A stretch of DNA of 64,000 nucleotides from NCBI GenBank assembly GCA_963806035.1, contig CAWDWO010000032.1, positions 33,243 through 97,242 of the forward strand. Direction: 5' to 3'. Below, piece by piece: positions 1 through 10,132 of this stretch (positions are counted from its first letter, which is position 1; every line of letters starts with the position of its first letter). Both the position numbers and the translations under genes were made by a program. The DNA is from Candidatus Krumholzibacteriota bacterium (GTDB taxonomy: Bacteria; Krumholzibacteriota; Krumholzibacteriia; JAJRXK01). Below the pieces are notes generated by a model, which was not told the DNA's origin, did not search any database, and saw only the letters and a program-made list of their open reading frames with translations.

Positions 1-957
1 GTGAGCAAGAGCGATGATGAATTGCTCGAACTGCACTCGGCCAAGGGCGTGGATCGCATCGAGATTCAGAGCGTTCACTTGAAACGCGAGACTTCCTTCC
101 TGGACTACATCCAAGACCACGCGCGCAGCGTCGACTTCACGGAGATTCCCGCGGGAGTTTCTCTGGGGGGCGATCTGCAACACCTGCAGAAGATGGGCTT
201 CGCCCTGGTGGCGCCCATTCTCACCGGGAACCAGCTCGCGGGACTGCTCTTCTTGGGCCCCAAGCTGGGCGGGCGTCCCTTCGAGCTGGCCGATCAGATG
301 CTACTTTCCAGCCTGCTCGCGTCGACGGGAATCGCGATGGAGAAGGCCGCGCTCTTCAAGAAGCTGCAGGAAAGTTACGTGGCCACCATCCAGAGCCTGA
401 TGTCGGCCATGGAAGCCAAGGACACCTACACCCGCGGCCACACCGCGCGGGTGAGCCGTTACGCTTTGGCCATCGCGCAGGCAATGAACTTCAGCCGCGA
501 GGCCCTGGAAGACGTGCGTCTGGGCGCGACCCTGCACGACATCGGCAAGATCGGTATTCACGAGGGAATCCTGAACAAGCCGGGGCGCCTCACCGACGAG
601 GAACTCGAGATCATGAAGGAACACCCCGCCCTGGGGGATCGGATCCTGCGCAAAATTCTCTTCTTGAAGCAGGCGCGCAAGATGGTGCGGCACCACCACG
701 AACGCTGGGACGGGGAGGGTTACCCCGACCAACTGAAGGGCGAGGAGATCAGCCTGGGGGCGCGCATCGTCACCGTGGCCGATTCCTTCGACGCCATGAC
801 CTCCAACCGCACCTACAGCGAGGGCATGGGTCTGACCGAAGCCATCTGGCATCTTTCGACCAAGGTGCGCACCCAGTTCTGTCCCGACACCGTCTCGGTC
901 TTCGTGAGGCTCCTGGAGACCCGCACCGTCGCCCTTCCCACCTGGCTGAAGGACTGA
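1..957 (+). CDS. GAF + HD-GYP domain phosphodiesterase (5' end probably outside window)
   Basis: YTRGH, HDIGKIG, HHERWDGEGYP and VADSFDAM motifs of HD-GYP; upstream GAF-like segment (VAPILTGNQLAGLLFLGPK). Confidence 0.9.
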   Translation: MSKSDDELLELHSAKGVDRIEIQSVHLKRETSFLDYIQDHARSVDFTEIPAGVSLGGDLQHLQKMGFALVAPILTGNQLAGLLFLGPKLGGRPFELADQMLLSSLLASTGIAMEKAALFKKLQESYVATIQSLMSAMEAKDTYTRGHTARVSRYALAIAQAMNFSREALEDVRLGATLHDIGKIGIHEGILNKPGRLTDEELEIMKEHPALGDRILRKILFLKQARKMVRHHHERWDGEGYPDQLKGEEISLGARIVTVADSFDAMTSNRTYSEGMGLTEAIWHLSTKVRTQFCPDTVSVFVRLLETRTVALPTWLKD

Positions 958-1018
958 GGCTGTCCGGCCCGGCGGATGGACGCAAGCCCGGCCGAAGGAC
1001 TGAGGCTGTCCGGCCCGG
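948..1018. repeat. 25-bp direct repeat (46-bp period) duplicating the HD-GYP stop-codon region
   Basis: gaaggactgaggctgtccggcccgg at 948-972 and 994-1018. Confidence 0.85.
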
Positions 1019-1426
1019 TGGACAGAGCGCGGCCGCGACCAGGGGTTGTCAGCTCCGAGGGCACCGGGGCGCGCCGCTTGGAAGGCGCAAACTCCCCTAC
1101 AACTCGTTGATAAATTGCTAGTTCGTCGATTCGCCCCGCGACTCCGCGCGCGCTGGTCCCAGCCCTGCAGGAGTGAGAGACGCAGGCCGGGGGCGCCAGG
1201 GCGCCATCGCCCTGCGGATCGCCTGCCCCACGCTTTGGAGCGGTTCGAGGAGTGGAGCGAAGGCGGGGTTGGTGCACCCGCCGCATCGCTCCCCGAGTCG
1301 GCGGAGTGGCCCTTGGATGCCGGGGGCTCTCCGCCGGCCGCGGATTTTGCGCGCGTGGTGCGTGCTCATGGATCGCGATGCCCGCGGGCCCCGTGTTCAC
1401 AGACTGCCATGCCCGGCACGTCTTTC

Positions 1427-2284
1427 TTACAAATTGCGATGATCGGGACGTTCACTGGTGGCGTCCTCGCCGCCCAGCTCCTCGTCGGCCAGGTTGGGCA
1501 GGTTCTCGGGCTGACCGTAGATCTCCAGCAGCTTCGTCTCGAGATCTTCCAGACTGAGACGCCGCCGCAGCCGTCCCTCTTCGGCCACGCTGAGCTGACG
1601 GTTCTCCTCGCTCACCACGATGGCCAGCGCGTCGCTCTCCTCGCTGATGCCCAGCGCGGCGCGATGCCGCGTGCCCAGGGTGTAGGCCAGGTGCTCGTTG
1701 CGCGAGAGGGGCAGGATGCAGCCGGCGGCCACGATGCGATCGTGCTGGAGAATCACCGCGCCGTCGTGCAGCGGAGTCGGCGGAGTAAAGATGGTCTCCA
1801 GCAGAGTGGCCTTGATCTTGGCGTCGATGAGGGTGCCCGTTTCCACGTGTGTCTTGAGGCCGGTGTTGCGCTGCAGCACCAGGATCGCGCCCAGTCCCGC
1901 CTTCTGCAGCCGCGAGACCGCCAGCAGAATTTCATCCACCATTTCCGGACGACTCTCCGCCAAGAAGCGGCGCAGGTAGCGGGTCTGTCCCAGGTAGGTG
2001 AGGGCTCGGCGCAGCTCGGGCTGAAAGATGATGATGAATCCGATGAGCCAGACCGTCTGCAAGCTCACGATGATGCGGTCCAGCAGGGTGAGACCGAAAC
2101 TCTGCGCGAGCGAGGAAAAAAGAAACAACACGCCCAAGCCCAGGAACATCTGAATGGCGCGGGTGCCGCGGATGATCAGGTAGAGGCGGTAGAAGAGAAA
2201 GGCAACGATGAGAACGTCCAGAAGATCCAGGATGTAGTAGCTGCGCAAGAATTCCAGGACGGTTCCCAATTCCGAGTTCCTCAA
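1427..2284 (-). CDS. cdaA: Diadenylate cyclase CdaA/DacA (start possibly TTG at 2269)
   Basis: Three N-terminal TM segments, FQPELRRAL, and the catalytic LHDGA and GTRHRAA motifs; typical ftsH-folP-cdaA context. Confidence 0.93.
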   Translation of the reverse strand: MRNSELGTVLEFLRSYYILDLLDVLIVAFLFYRLYLIIRGTRAIQMFLGLGVLFLFSSLAQSFGLTLLDRIIVSLQTVWLIGFIIIFQPELRRALTYLGQTRYLRRFLAESRPEMVDEILLAVSRLQKAGLGAILVLQRNTGLKTHVETGTLIDAKIKATLLETIFTPPTPLHDGAVILQHDRIVAAGCILPLSRNEHLAYTLGTRHRAALGISEESDALAIVVSEENRQLSVAEEGRLRRRLSLEDLETKLLEIYGQPENLPNLADEELGGEDATSERPDHRNL

Positions 2285-2305
2285 GGTTGGTTGTTCCCGG
2301 CCGGC

Positions 2306-3223
2306 CTACTCTTCGTCGTGGGTGGTAGGGGCGGGATACTCTTCAATTCGATCCAGGCCCGAGGGTTCCCAGGGCAGGGGTGCTCCTGCCGTCAGCGCGC
2401 GTCGTACCGTGAGATACTGGCGTGTCGCGGCCACATCGTGGACGCGAACCACGCTTCTGCGCAAGCGAAGACAGAGACCGGCCGCGGCCAAACTGCCCGC
2501 GAGTCGGTCCGCACTCTGCTCAGAGTCGTGCAGTTGCGCGATGAAGCGTTTCCGGCTGGCCCCCAGAACTACAGGGTAGCCTAGACGCGCGAATCGGTCG
2601 AGCGCCGCGAAGATTCGCAAGTTGTGCTGCAGGGTCTTTCCGAAACCGATCCCCGGGTCCAACCAGATGCGTGAGGAATCGATGCCGGCCTCTTGGGCCA
2701 CTGCGGCGCGGCTCTGCAGAGCGCTCGCGATCTCTTCCACCACGTCTTGATAGTGCGGGTCCTTCTGCATGGTGGCTGGCTCCCCCTGCATGTGCATGAG
2801 GATCACTCCGGCCCCCGCCTCGGCCACCACTTCGGCCATGGCCGGATCGCCGAGGGCGCTGACGTCGTTGACCCAGTGCGCGCCGCAGGCCAGGGCCTCC
2901 TTCGCCACCGCCGCCTTGCGCGTGTCGACGCTCAAGGGGATGTTCAGCTCGCCCTTCAGGACTCGCACCACCGGCAGCACGCGTCGCAGCTCTTCCTCGG
3001 GTGAGACCGCGGGAGCACCGGGCCGGGTACTCTCGCCCCCGATGTCCAGCAGGTCGGCGCCCTCCTGGGCCAGCCGCAGACCGAGAGAAACCGCATCCTG
3101 CCAGTGGTAGTGGCGTCCCCCGTCGCTGAAGGAATCGGGGGTGACGTTCACGATTCCCATGATCAGGGGCCGGTGGGGCCAAAATCGCGGTGAGTGGGCC
3201 AGGACTCTGTCAGATGGGGACAT
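2306..3223 (-). CDS. folP: Dihydropteroate synthase
   Basis: IMGIVNVTPDSFSDGG, DIGGESTRPG, DPGIGFGK, GASRKRF and VRVHDV motifs. Confidence 0.95.
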   Translation of the reverse strand: MSPSDRVLAHSPRFWPHRPLIMGIVNVTPDSFSDGGRHYHWQDAVSLGLRLAQEGADLLDIGGESTRPGAPAVSPEEELRRVLPVVRVLKGELNIPLSVDTRKAAVAKEALACGAHWVNDVSALGDPAMAEVVAEAGAGVILMHMQGEPATMQKDPHYQDVVEEIASALQSRAAVAQEAGIDSSRIWLDPGIGFGKTLQHNLRIFAALDRFARLGYPVVLGASRKRFIAQLHDSEQSADRLAGSLAAAGLCLRLRRSVVRVHDVAATRQYLTVRRALTAGAPLPWEPSGLDRIEEYPAPTTHDEE

Positions 3224-3244
3224 CGCGACCTTGCCGGCAAAAAG

Positions 3245-3276
3245 TGAGGGTCCGGGGAGACTCCCCCGAACCCTCA
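3245..3276 (-). terminator. Hairpin downstream of ftsH
   Basis: tgaggg-tccgggg-agact-ccccga-accctca imperfect inverted repeat; only a weak U-tract on the minus strand. Confidence 0.4.
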
Positions 3277-3296
3277 TTCTAGCAAATCAAAGGCCG

Positions 3297-5341
3297 TCAA
3301 AGCGCCGGATCGGGTCCCGGTTGTCCGTGAAGGCCCTTGGGAGTCGGGGAGGATTCCTGGCCGGCCGGCGAGTCATTCGGCGGCGGGGCGGCCGGTTCCC
3401 CCTCGTCGAGGGGTTCGGGCGCGGCCAGTGGCGGAAGTTCCTCGCCCTTGAGGATCATGTTCACGTCCGCGCCATCCAGGGTCTCCCGCTCCAGCAGAGC
3501 CTTGGCCATCTTGTGCAGCGCATCAATGTTCTCCGACAGGATGTTCTTGGCCCGGTCGTGGCTCTCGCGGATGAGACGGGAGACCTCGTCGTCGATGGCG
3601 ATGGCGGTCTTCTCGCTGTAGTCGCGGTGCTGCGAGATCTCTCTTCCCAAGAAGATCTGCTCGTTCTGCTGCGCCAGCGCGATGGGACCGAGTTGACTCA
3701 TGCCCCAACGCGTGACCATGCGCCGCGCCAGCTCGGTCGCCTTCTGAATGTCGTCGCTCGCGCCGGCGGAGATCATGTCGAAGATCAATTCCTCCGCGGC
3801 GCGCCCACCCAGAGCATGGGCAATGCGAGCCTCCGCCCAGTCCTGACGTGGGATGCGATCCTCGTCGGGCAAGACCCAGGTGAGCCCGGCCGCGCGGCCG
3901 CGCGGAATGATGGTGATCTTGTGGACCTGGTCGTAGTCGGGGATCGAGGCGGCCACGATGGCATGTCCGCATTCGTGGTACGCGGTGAGCTCGAGCTCCT
4001 TGGGACTCATCACGCGACTGCGCCGCTCGGGACCCAGGAGCACTTTCTCCTTGGCGTCCTCCATGTCGAGCATGGTCACCACTTCGTGACCGCGGCGCGC
4101 CGCCAAGAGCGCGCCCTCGTTGACCAGGTTCGCCAGGTCGGCGCCACTCATGCCCGGGGTTCCCTTGGCCAGCACGCGCGTGTCCACGTCGGGTCCCACC
4201 TGCACTTTGCGCATGTGGACCTTGAGGATTCCCTCGCGGCCGCGGATGTCCGGCAGATCGACCATCACCTGGCGGTCGAAGCGGCCCGGGCGCAAAAGCG
4301 CGGGGTCGAGCACGTCGGGACGGTTGGTGGCGGCGATGAGAATGACGCCGTCGTTGCTCTCGAAGCCATCCATCTCCACCAGCAGCTGGTTGAGGGTCTG
4401 CTCACGCTCGTCGTGACCGCCCCCCAGTCCGGCGCCGCGGTGGCGGCCCACCGCGTCGATTTCGTCGATGAAGAGAATGCAGGGCGCGGCGCGCTTGCCC
4501 TGCTCGAAGAGGTCGCGCACTCGCGAGGCGCCGACCCCGACGAACATCTCGACGAAGTCCGAACCGGACATGTGGAAGAATGGAACCCCTGCTTCACCGG
4601 CCACGGCGCGGCCCAGAAGGGTCTTGCCCGTGCCGGGGGGTCCCACCAAAAGCGCACCCTTGGGCACACGACCCCCGAGGCGCTGGAACTTGCGCGGTGA
4701 TTTCAAGAACTCGACCACTTCCTCGAGTTCCTGCTTGGCCTCGTCGCAGCCGGCCACGTCGAGGAAAGTGACGGTGGGCCGGTCGGCGTCGATGAGCTTG
4801 GCTTTGCTCTTGCCGAAGCTGAATGCCTTGTTGCCGCCGGATTGCATCTGCCGCAAGAAGAACACCCAGATCGCGATGATGAGGATGAAGGGCAAGTAGG
4901 TGAGGATCGCGCCCCACCAGTTCATGCCGCTGAGTTTGCCCTTGATGACGGCGTTGGGATTTTTGTCCTGAATGCGATCGATGAGCTTGGGATCTTTCAC
5001 CGGCAAAATGACTTTGAAGGTCTCGACGGTCTGCTGCGACCCGTCGTCGGTCTTCAGCATTTCCTTCTTGGCCAGACGTCCGGTGATCTCGCGCTCGTTC
5101 TGCGTCGCCTCGGCGATGTTTCCCTTGTCCACCTGCTGGATGAAGGTGGAGTAACTCAGGTTGTATTCCTTCTTGCTGTCCAGATAGAGCAGTTGGAAGC
5201 CGAAGAACAGAAGGACGATGATCACGAGCCAGAAGCCCATGGTGCGTCCGGGGGAAGTGGTCTCGGTGATCCACCGCTGGGTGGGCGGCGGCGCCGGTTC
5301 CGCCGGGGCGGCGTGCGGCGATCACGATCAGGTCCGGTCAT
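3297..5341 (-). CDS. ftsH: ATP-dependent zinc metalloprotease FtsH (true start probably 5341, with a 1-nt deletion in the G5 run at 5250-5254; uninterrupted ORF from 5240)
   Basis: Two TMs, Walker [29 protein letters not shown] and the HECGH zinc motif. ATG at 5341 has an RBS and reads MTGPDR...[10 protein letters not shown] if one C is restored. Confidence 0.96.
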
Positions 5342-6743
5342 CGAGATCGGATTCCTTCTTCTGGGGTTGCAAAGTCAAACGCAAGACTTTTCGCGTTGCG
5401 CTCGTGATTCGACAGTGTTGCGAGGTCGCGACCCCCACGGTCCAGACGATGCCTTCCTCGTCCTCCACGATCCACATGGAATCGCGGTGGTCGGCGGGCA
5501 CTCCGTGTTCACGGTAGAGCTCCGCCACTTTCTTGCGTCCGGGCATTCCTTCCACTCGCATGCGGTCTCCCGGCCGGAAGCACCGCAAGTTCAAGTTTCC
5601 ATGGATCTTGTCCGCGTCAATCTGGGTGCAGTTCCTAGCTGTCATAGTAATCTCAACGCCTTCGGCGGGCAAAAGCTCCACGCAAAGTCGCATCGAGTCG
5701 TGATCGGCCTTCGCGAGCGCCGCGGGCGCCTGAAATCGCAGGGCATCGCGGTCGATCACGAGCCAGCCCCCCCGGGCCAGGGGAAAGCGGTGGCCTGGGG
5801 ACGCTTTGAGAGCGAATTCGAGCAAGCGCAGCAGATTCTCGCGACTCCAGTGCTGGGGCCCCGCCGGCTCCAATTCGCGCGCGATGTGGCGCAGGATCTC
5901 CAATTGCACCGGCTCTTGGAGTGCGCAAAATCCGGGCCGGTCGAGCAGCTCGCAGGCGGCTGGATCCAGCGGCGGCTCCGGCGCGCGCTGCAGGGCGCTG
6001 CGCTCCTCCTCGGCGCGTTCGGCGAGCCAGGCCGCCAGGGCGGCGCCGTGCTCGGCGAAGTCCCCCAGCCGCTCCACGGCTCCCGCGTCGAAAATATCGT
6101 CCAGAAGCGGGATGAGTTCGTGGCGCACCCGGTTGCGGCGGAAGCCCGCGCTCGCGTTGCTCTCGTCCTCTCTCCACTTCAACTCGCGCCACTTCAGATA
6201 CTCGCGAATGCGCGCGCGGGAAAATTCACGCAGGGGGCGCAGACGGTCCACGCTGCGCGCGCGAATGCCCTCCATCCCCGCCAGTCCCGTGCCGCGAAAG
6301 AGCCAGAGCAGAAGGGTCTCCAGGTGATCATCCCGGTGGTGCCCCGTGCACACGCGGTCGAAACCGCGCGCCTCGCGCAGGCGATCCAGGAATTCGTAGC
6401 GCAGCTGCCGGCCGGCCGCTTCCAGTCCGATTCCCGTCTTACGGGCGTGGGCGTGTGGATCGATGCGTTCCAGCACGAACTCCACCCCGCGCGCCGCGCA
6501 AAACTCGCGACAGAATTCGCCGTCCCGCTCGCTGCTCTCCCTGAGGCCGTGGTCGAGGTGCGCCGCCAAGAGCTGCAGTTCTTTTTCTTTCTGCAGGCGC
6601 AGCAGCAAGTCGAGCAGGGCCAGCGAGTCGGCGCCGCCGGAAAGCGCGACCACCAGACGCTCGCCCTGAAGCACTCCGCCACGCTCGGGCGGAAGCTCTC
6701 GCAAAAGTTCCAGCAGATCGGCTTCGTGAGTGGAGGAGGCCAC
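5328..6743 (-). CDS. tilS: tRNA(Ile)-lysidine synthetase
   Basis: PP-loop SGGADS, HLDHGLR, GHHRDDHLET, RNRVRH and a TilS C-terminal domain. Confidence 0.95.
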   Translation of the reverse strand: MASSTHEADLLELLRELPPERGGVLQGERLVVALSGGADSLALLDLLLRLQKEKELQLLAAHLDHGLRESSERDGEFCREFCAARGVEFVLERIDPHAHARKTGIGLEAAGRQLRYEFLDRLREARGFDRVCTGHHRDDHLETLLLWLFRGTGLAGMEGIRARSVDRLRPLREFSRARIREYLKWRELKWREDESNASAGFRRNRVRHELIPLLDDIFDAGAVERLGDFAEHGAALAAWLAERAEEERSALQRAPEPPLDPAACELLDRPGFCALQEPVQLEILRHIARELEPAGPQHWSRENLLRLLEFALKASPGHRFPLARGGWLVIDRDALRFQAPAALAKADHDSMRLCVELLPAEGVEITMTARNCTQIDADKIHGNLNLRCFRPGDRMRVEGMPGRKKVAELYREHGVPADHRDSMWIVEDEEGIVWTVGVATSQHCRITSATRKVLRLTLQPQKKESDLDDRT

Positions 6744-6771
6744 GACGGTCCTCCAGTTTCAGGGCGGGAAG

Positions 6772-6848
6772 TGGTGCCGGCGCAGGGATTCGAACCCCGG
6801 ACACGCGGATTATGATTCCGCTGCTCTAACCAACTGAGCTACGCCGGC
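6772..6848 (-). tRNA. tRNA with CAU anticodon (probably elongator tRNA-Met)
   Basis: Cloverleaf GCCGGCG-TA-GCTC..GAGC-A-GCGGA-AT-CAT-AA-TCCGC..CGGGG-TTCGAAT-CCCTG-CGCCGGC-A-CCA. Confidence 0.95.
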
Positions 6849-7020
6849 CCCCAAGCTGCGCCCGGAATCCCGGGTGCGAACAAGGCAAGGGGCAAAGGTA
6901 TCTTCGCCGCCAAGCGCTGTCAAACCCGCCCTTTGCCTTGTCCCCGCTCCGGTGCGGGACTAGGATCTAGAGCAAGGCCCCAACTCACCTCCGCGCCGCG
7001 GCTCGACGCCGCAAGCCACC

Positions 7021-8046
7021 ATGTCGCAAGCACCTACCAGCCGCCGTCACTTCGATCTCGAGGATGGCGATCTTTCGCTCCTCAAGGGAAAGCGTATCGC
7101 CGTCCTGGGTTACGGCAACCAGGGGCACGCCCACGCCCTCAACCTGCGCGACAGCGGGATGGAGGTGGTGGTGGGCCTGCGGAAGGAGAGCGCGCATGCC
7201 CGGGCGGCGCGCGAGGCCGGCTTCGAGGTGGAGGATTTCGCCTCCGCCGCGCGCGGGGCGTTTCTGGTGATGATGCTGCTGCCCGACGAGCTGCACGCGG
7301 AGATCTACGACAAGCATCTGCGGAAGGTCATGGACAGCGCGGCCTACCTGGCGTTCTCCCACGGATTCGCGGTCGCCTTCGATTTGCTCGAACTCGAGAA
7401 GAGCCGGCGCGTACTCCTGGTGGCGCCCAAGGGTCAGGGTCACGCGCTGCGGGCTTCGTTTGTGAACGGCGGTGGCCTGCCCGGGCTCATCGGCGTGCAG
7501 GGTCCCGATCAGGAGGAGAGCCTGAAAGTCGCTCTGGCCTACGCCAAGGCCTGCGGCGCGCTGGCCGGCGGCGGTTTTTTGAGCTCCTTCCGCGAAGAGG
7601 CGGTGAGCGATCTCTTCGGCGAGCAGACCGTGCTCTGCGGCGGCCTCATCGAGCTCATCACCGCGGCCTGGGAGCTGCTGGTGGCGCGCGGCTACAGCGC
7701 GGAGGGCGCCTACTTCGAATGTCTGCACGAGGTGAAGATCATCACCGATCTGGTGCACGAAAAAGGGGTCGACGGCATGCGCGAGGGAATCTCGCCCACC
7801 GCCGCCTTCGGCGGCCTGCGGGCCGGCCCGCGCGTGATCGGCAAGGAGAGCCGTGCCGCGATGGAGAAGCTTCTGGACGAAATCGAGGACGGAAGCTTCG
7901 CGAAAGAGTTCCTGAAGGAGCGGGCCCAGGGCTCGCCCTGGTTGAAGAGGAAGCGCGAGGAAGAGGCCAAGCACCCCATGCAGGAAACGGGCAGGGGACT
8001 GCGAGCCTTCCTTTCTCGTTGTCGTCTGAACGGACCAAAGGAGTAG
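7021..8046 (+). CDS. ilvC: Ketol-acid reductoisomerase
   Basis: GYGNQGHAHALNLRDSG, LLPDE, VAPKG, DLFGEQTVLCGG and AYFECLHE motifs. Confidence 0.95.
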   Translation: MSQAPTSRRHFDLEDGDLSLLKGKRIAVLGYGNQGHAHALNLRDSGMEVVVGLRKESAHARAAREAGFEVEDFASAARGAFLVMMLLPDELHAEIYDKHLRKVMDSAAYLAFSHGFAVAFDLLELEKSRRVLLVAPKGQGHALRASFVNGGGLPGLIGVQGPDQEESLKVALAYAKACGALAGGGFLSSFREEAVSDLFGEQTVLCGGLIELITAAWELLVARGYSAEGAYFECLHEVKIITDLVHEKGVDGMREGISPTAAFGGLRAGPRVIGKESRAAMEKLLDEIEDGSFAKEFLKERAQGSPWLKRKREEEAKHPMQETGRGLRAFLSRCRLNGPKE

Positions 8047-8048
8047 AG

Positions 8049-8825
8049 ATGAGCTCAGATCATTTCCCCGCGGAAGAGCCCGCGGCGCCCGCACCGCCCC
8101 GTCCCGAGCCTTCGGGTCCGCAGGGCCTTGCGCGTCTTTTCAGCATCATCGTATCGCCACGCGCCACCTTCGAGGCGATGGCGCGCCGCACCCAACCCTG
8201 GGTGGGAGTGCTGGCGGTCGTGATCTCGGTTGGATTGGGAAGCGCCCTCATCGCGCACATCTCCGGACCGGAGCAGATGGAGGCCGCCCTGAACGGACCC
8301 TTCGGGGACAAGCTGCAGGGCAACGAGGAGTACCTCAAGAAAATCGAAGAGGCCAAATCGCCCACGCTGGGCAAGCGCGTGGTGACGGCGCTGCAGGCCG
8401 GGCTCGGCGGCACGGTGGCCTTCGCCATCGGCGCCGTCTTCTACTGGCTGGCCTGCATGGTTGTGGGGGGCAAGGCGGGCTTCAAGCTCACCCTCGACGT
8501 GGTTTTCCTCTGCACCTGGGTGGGAGGTGGTCTGGCCCTCCTTGCCACGGTGCCCTTGGTCCTGGCCAAGGGATCGGCGCTGACGGTGGGCTACAGTCTG
8601 GCCCCGCTCTCGGGACTCCTCGGGGCGGGTTCGGACACCTCGAGCATCGGCTATCACTTCCTGCAGTCCTTCACCAATTTCTTTTCCATCTGGGAGCTCT
8701 TTCTCCTGGCGATCGGCTTTCAGGTCGTGCACCGGCTCAGCACGGGCAGGGCATGGTTCGCGGCCGCGGTGCCCTGGGTGCTCGGCAACGGCATCGGCCT
8801 CTTGATGTACGCCATATTCATGTAG
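8049..8825 (+). CDS. Yip1-domain membrane protein
   Basis: 'IIVSPRATFEAM' Yip1-like start and about 5 TM segments; sits before MacAB-like genes, as in yknWXYZ-type operons. Confidence 0.75.
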   Translation: MSSDHFPAEEPAAPAPPRPEPSGPQGLARLFSIIVSPRATFEAMARRTQPWVGVLAVVISVGLGSALIAHISGPEQMEAALNGPFGDKLQGNEEYLKKIEEAKSPTLGKRVVTALQAGLGGTVAFAIGAVFYWLACMVVGGKAGFKLTLDVVFLCTWVGGGLALLATVPLVLAKGSALTVGYSLAPLSGLLGAGSDTSSIGYHFLQSFTNFFSIWELFLLAIGFQVVHRLSTGRAWFAAAVPWVLGNGIGLLMYAIFM

Positions 8826-8865
8826 CTGGAGGTGAGAGTCGCCGCCTCGCGCCGCGACGAGCTCG

Positions 8866-10101
8866 ATGAAGAAGAAAGTCTGGATTGCCATCGGCATCGT
8901 CGTGGTGCTGGGAGCGCTCGTGATCGCCAATCTCGCCAGTCGCGAGAAACTCACCAAGGTGCGCGTGGATTCGGTCACGCGCGGGCCCTTGACCGAAGTC
9001 GTGAACGCCAGCGGAAAGCTCGAACCCAAGAGCAGCATCGACGTGAGCGCCACCATCATGGGCAAGATCACGCGCGTCGCGGTGCAGGAGGGCGACGTGG
9101 TGCACAAGGGGGACTTCCTTTTGGAGATCGATCCGGAGGAGTACCGCTCGGTGGTCACGGCGCAAAAGGCCGCTCTGCAGAGCGCACAGGGGGACCTGGC
9201 TTTGGCAGAGGCCAACAAGGAGAAGGCCGAACTCGATTTGAAGCGCGCCAAGCGTTTGAGCGATCAGGGACTCAGTACGGAGGATCAATACGAGTCGGCG
9301 CTCACCGCGGTGAAAGTGCAGGCGGCCCAGGTGAGCGCGGCGCAGGCGCGAGTGGATCAGGCCAAGGCCAACCTCTCCCGTGTGCGTCACGACCTGAGCA
9401 AGGTCACGCTCGACGCGCCCATCAGCGGCATCGTGACCCGCCTCAACGTGGAGGTGGGGGAGAACGCCATCATCGGCACCATGAACAATCCGGGCACCCT
9501 GCTTCTGACGGTAGCCGACCTGGACACCATGGAGGCCGAAGTGAAGGTCGACGAGACCGAGGTCGTCCGCGTCAAGTTGGGGCAGATGGCCAAGGTGGAG
9601 ATCGACGCCTATCCCGACACTCTCTTCAACGCAGTGGTCACTGAAGTCGGCAACAGTCCCATCTTCTCCTCGACCGGTCTGGGCCAGGAGGCGGTCGATT
9701 TCAAGGTGGTGCTGCGCCTGCTCGACAAAATCGAGGGCGTGAGGCCGGGACTGTCCGCCACCGCTGACATCACGGTGGCGCAGCGCGACAGCTGTCTCTC
9801 CATTCCCATCGCCTCCCTGGTGGAGAGGGAGGGAAAAGAGGGCGTCTTCGTGCTGAACGAATCCAAGGAGGCGCAGTTTCGCGCGGTGGACGTGGGCATC
9901 GCGGGCGAGGAGCGCTTCGAGGTGCCGTCCGGACTGAAGGAAGGCGAAGTGGTGGTCAAGGGCCCCTTCACCGCGCTGCGTACCCTCAAGAGCGGCGAAA
10001 AGGTGGAAGTCGAGAAGGAAGAGAAGAAGTCCGAGAAGAACTCCTCCAAGAAGAACGCCGAGTCGGACCAGGACGAAGGCGAAGGCAAAGACAAGGACTG
10101 A
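8866..10101 (+). CDS. Efflux periplasmic adaptor subunit (MacA/HlyD family)
   Basis: N-terminal TM, V.EGD.V.KGD lipoyl motif, coiled coil, API.GIV and VDE.EV..VK.GQ. Confidence 0.9.
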   Translation: MKKKVWIAIGIVVVLGALVIANLASREKLTKVRVDSVTRGPLTEVVNASGKLEPKSSIDVSATIMGKITRVAVQEGDVVHKGDFLLEIDPEEYRSVVTAQKAALQSAQGDLALAEANKEKAELDLKRAKRLSDQGLSTEDQYESALTAVKVQAAQVSAAQARVDQAKANLSRVRHDLSKVTLDAPISGIVTRLNVEVGENAIIGTMNNPGTLLLTVADLDTMEAEVKVDETEVVRVKLGQMAKVEIDAYPDTLFNAVVTEVGNSPIFSSTGLGQEAVDFKVVLRLLDKIEGVRPGLSATADITVAQRDSCLSIPIASLVEREGKEGVFVLNESKEAQFRAVDVGIAGEERFEVPSGLKEGEVVVKGPFTALRTLKSGEKVEVEKEEKKSEKNSSKKNAESDQDEGEGKDKD

Positions 10102-10132
10102 TCGTACTCTTCCGATCTCCGGGAGTGAGCCG

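Noticed and set aside
1046..6815. Long plus-strand ORFs (512, 519 and 657 aa) and similar antisense ORFs across the window
   Set aside because: They are shadow frames of well-supported genes on the opposite strand, as expected in high-GC DNA.
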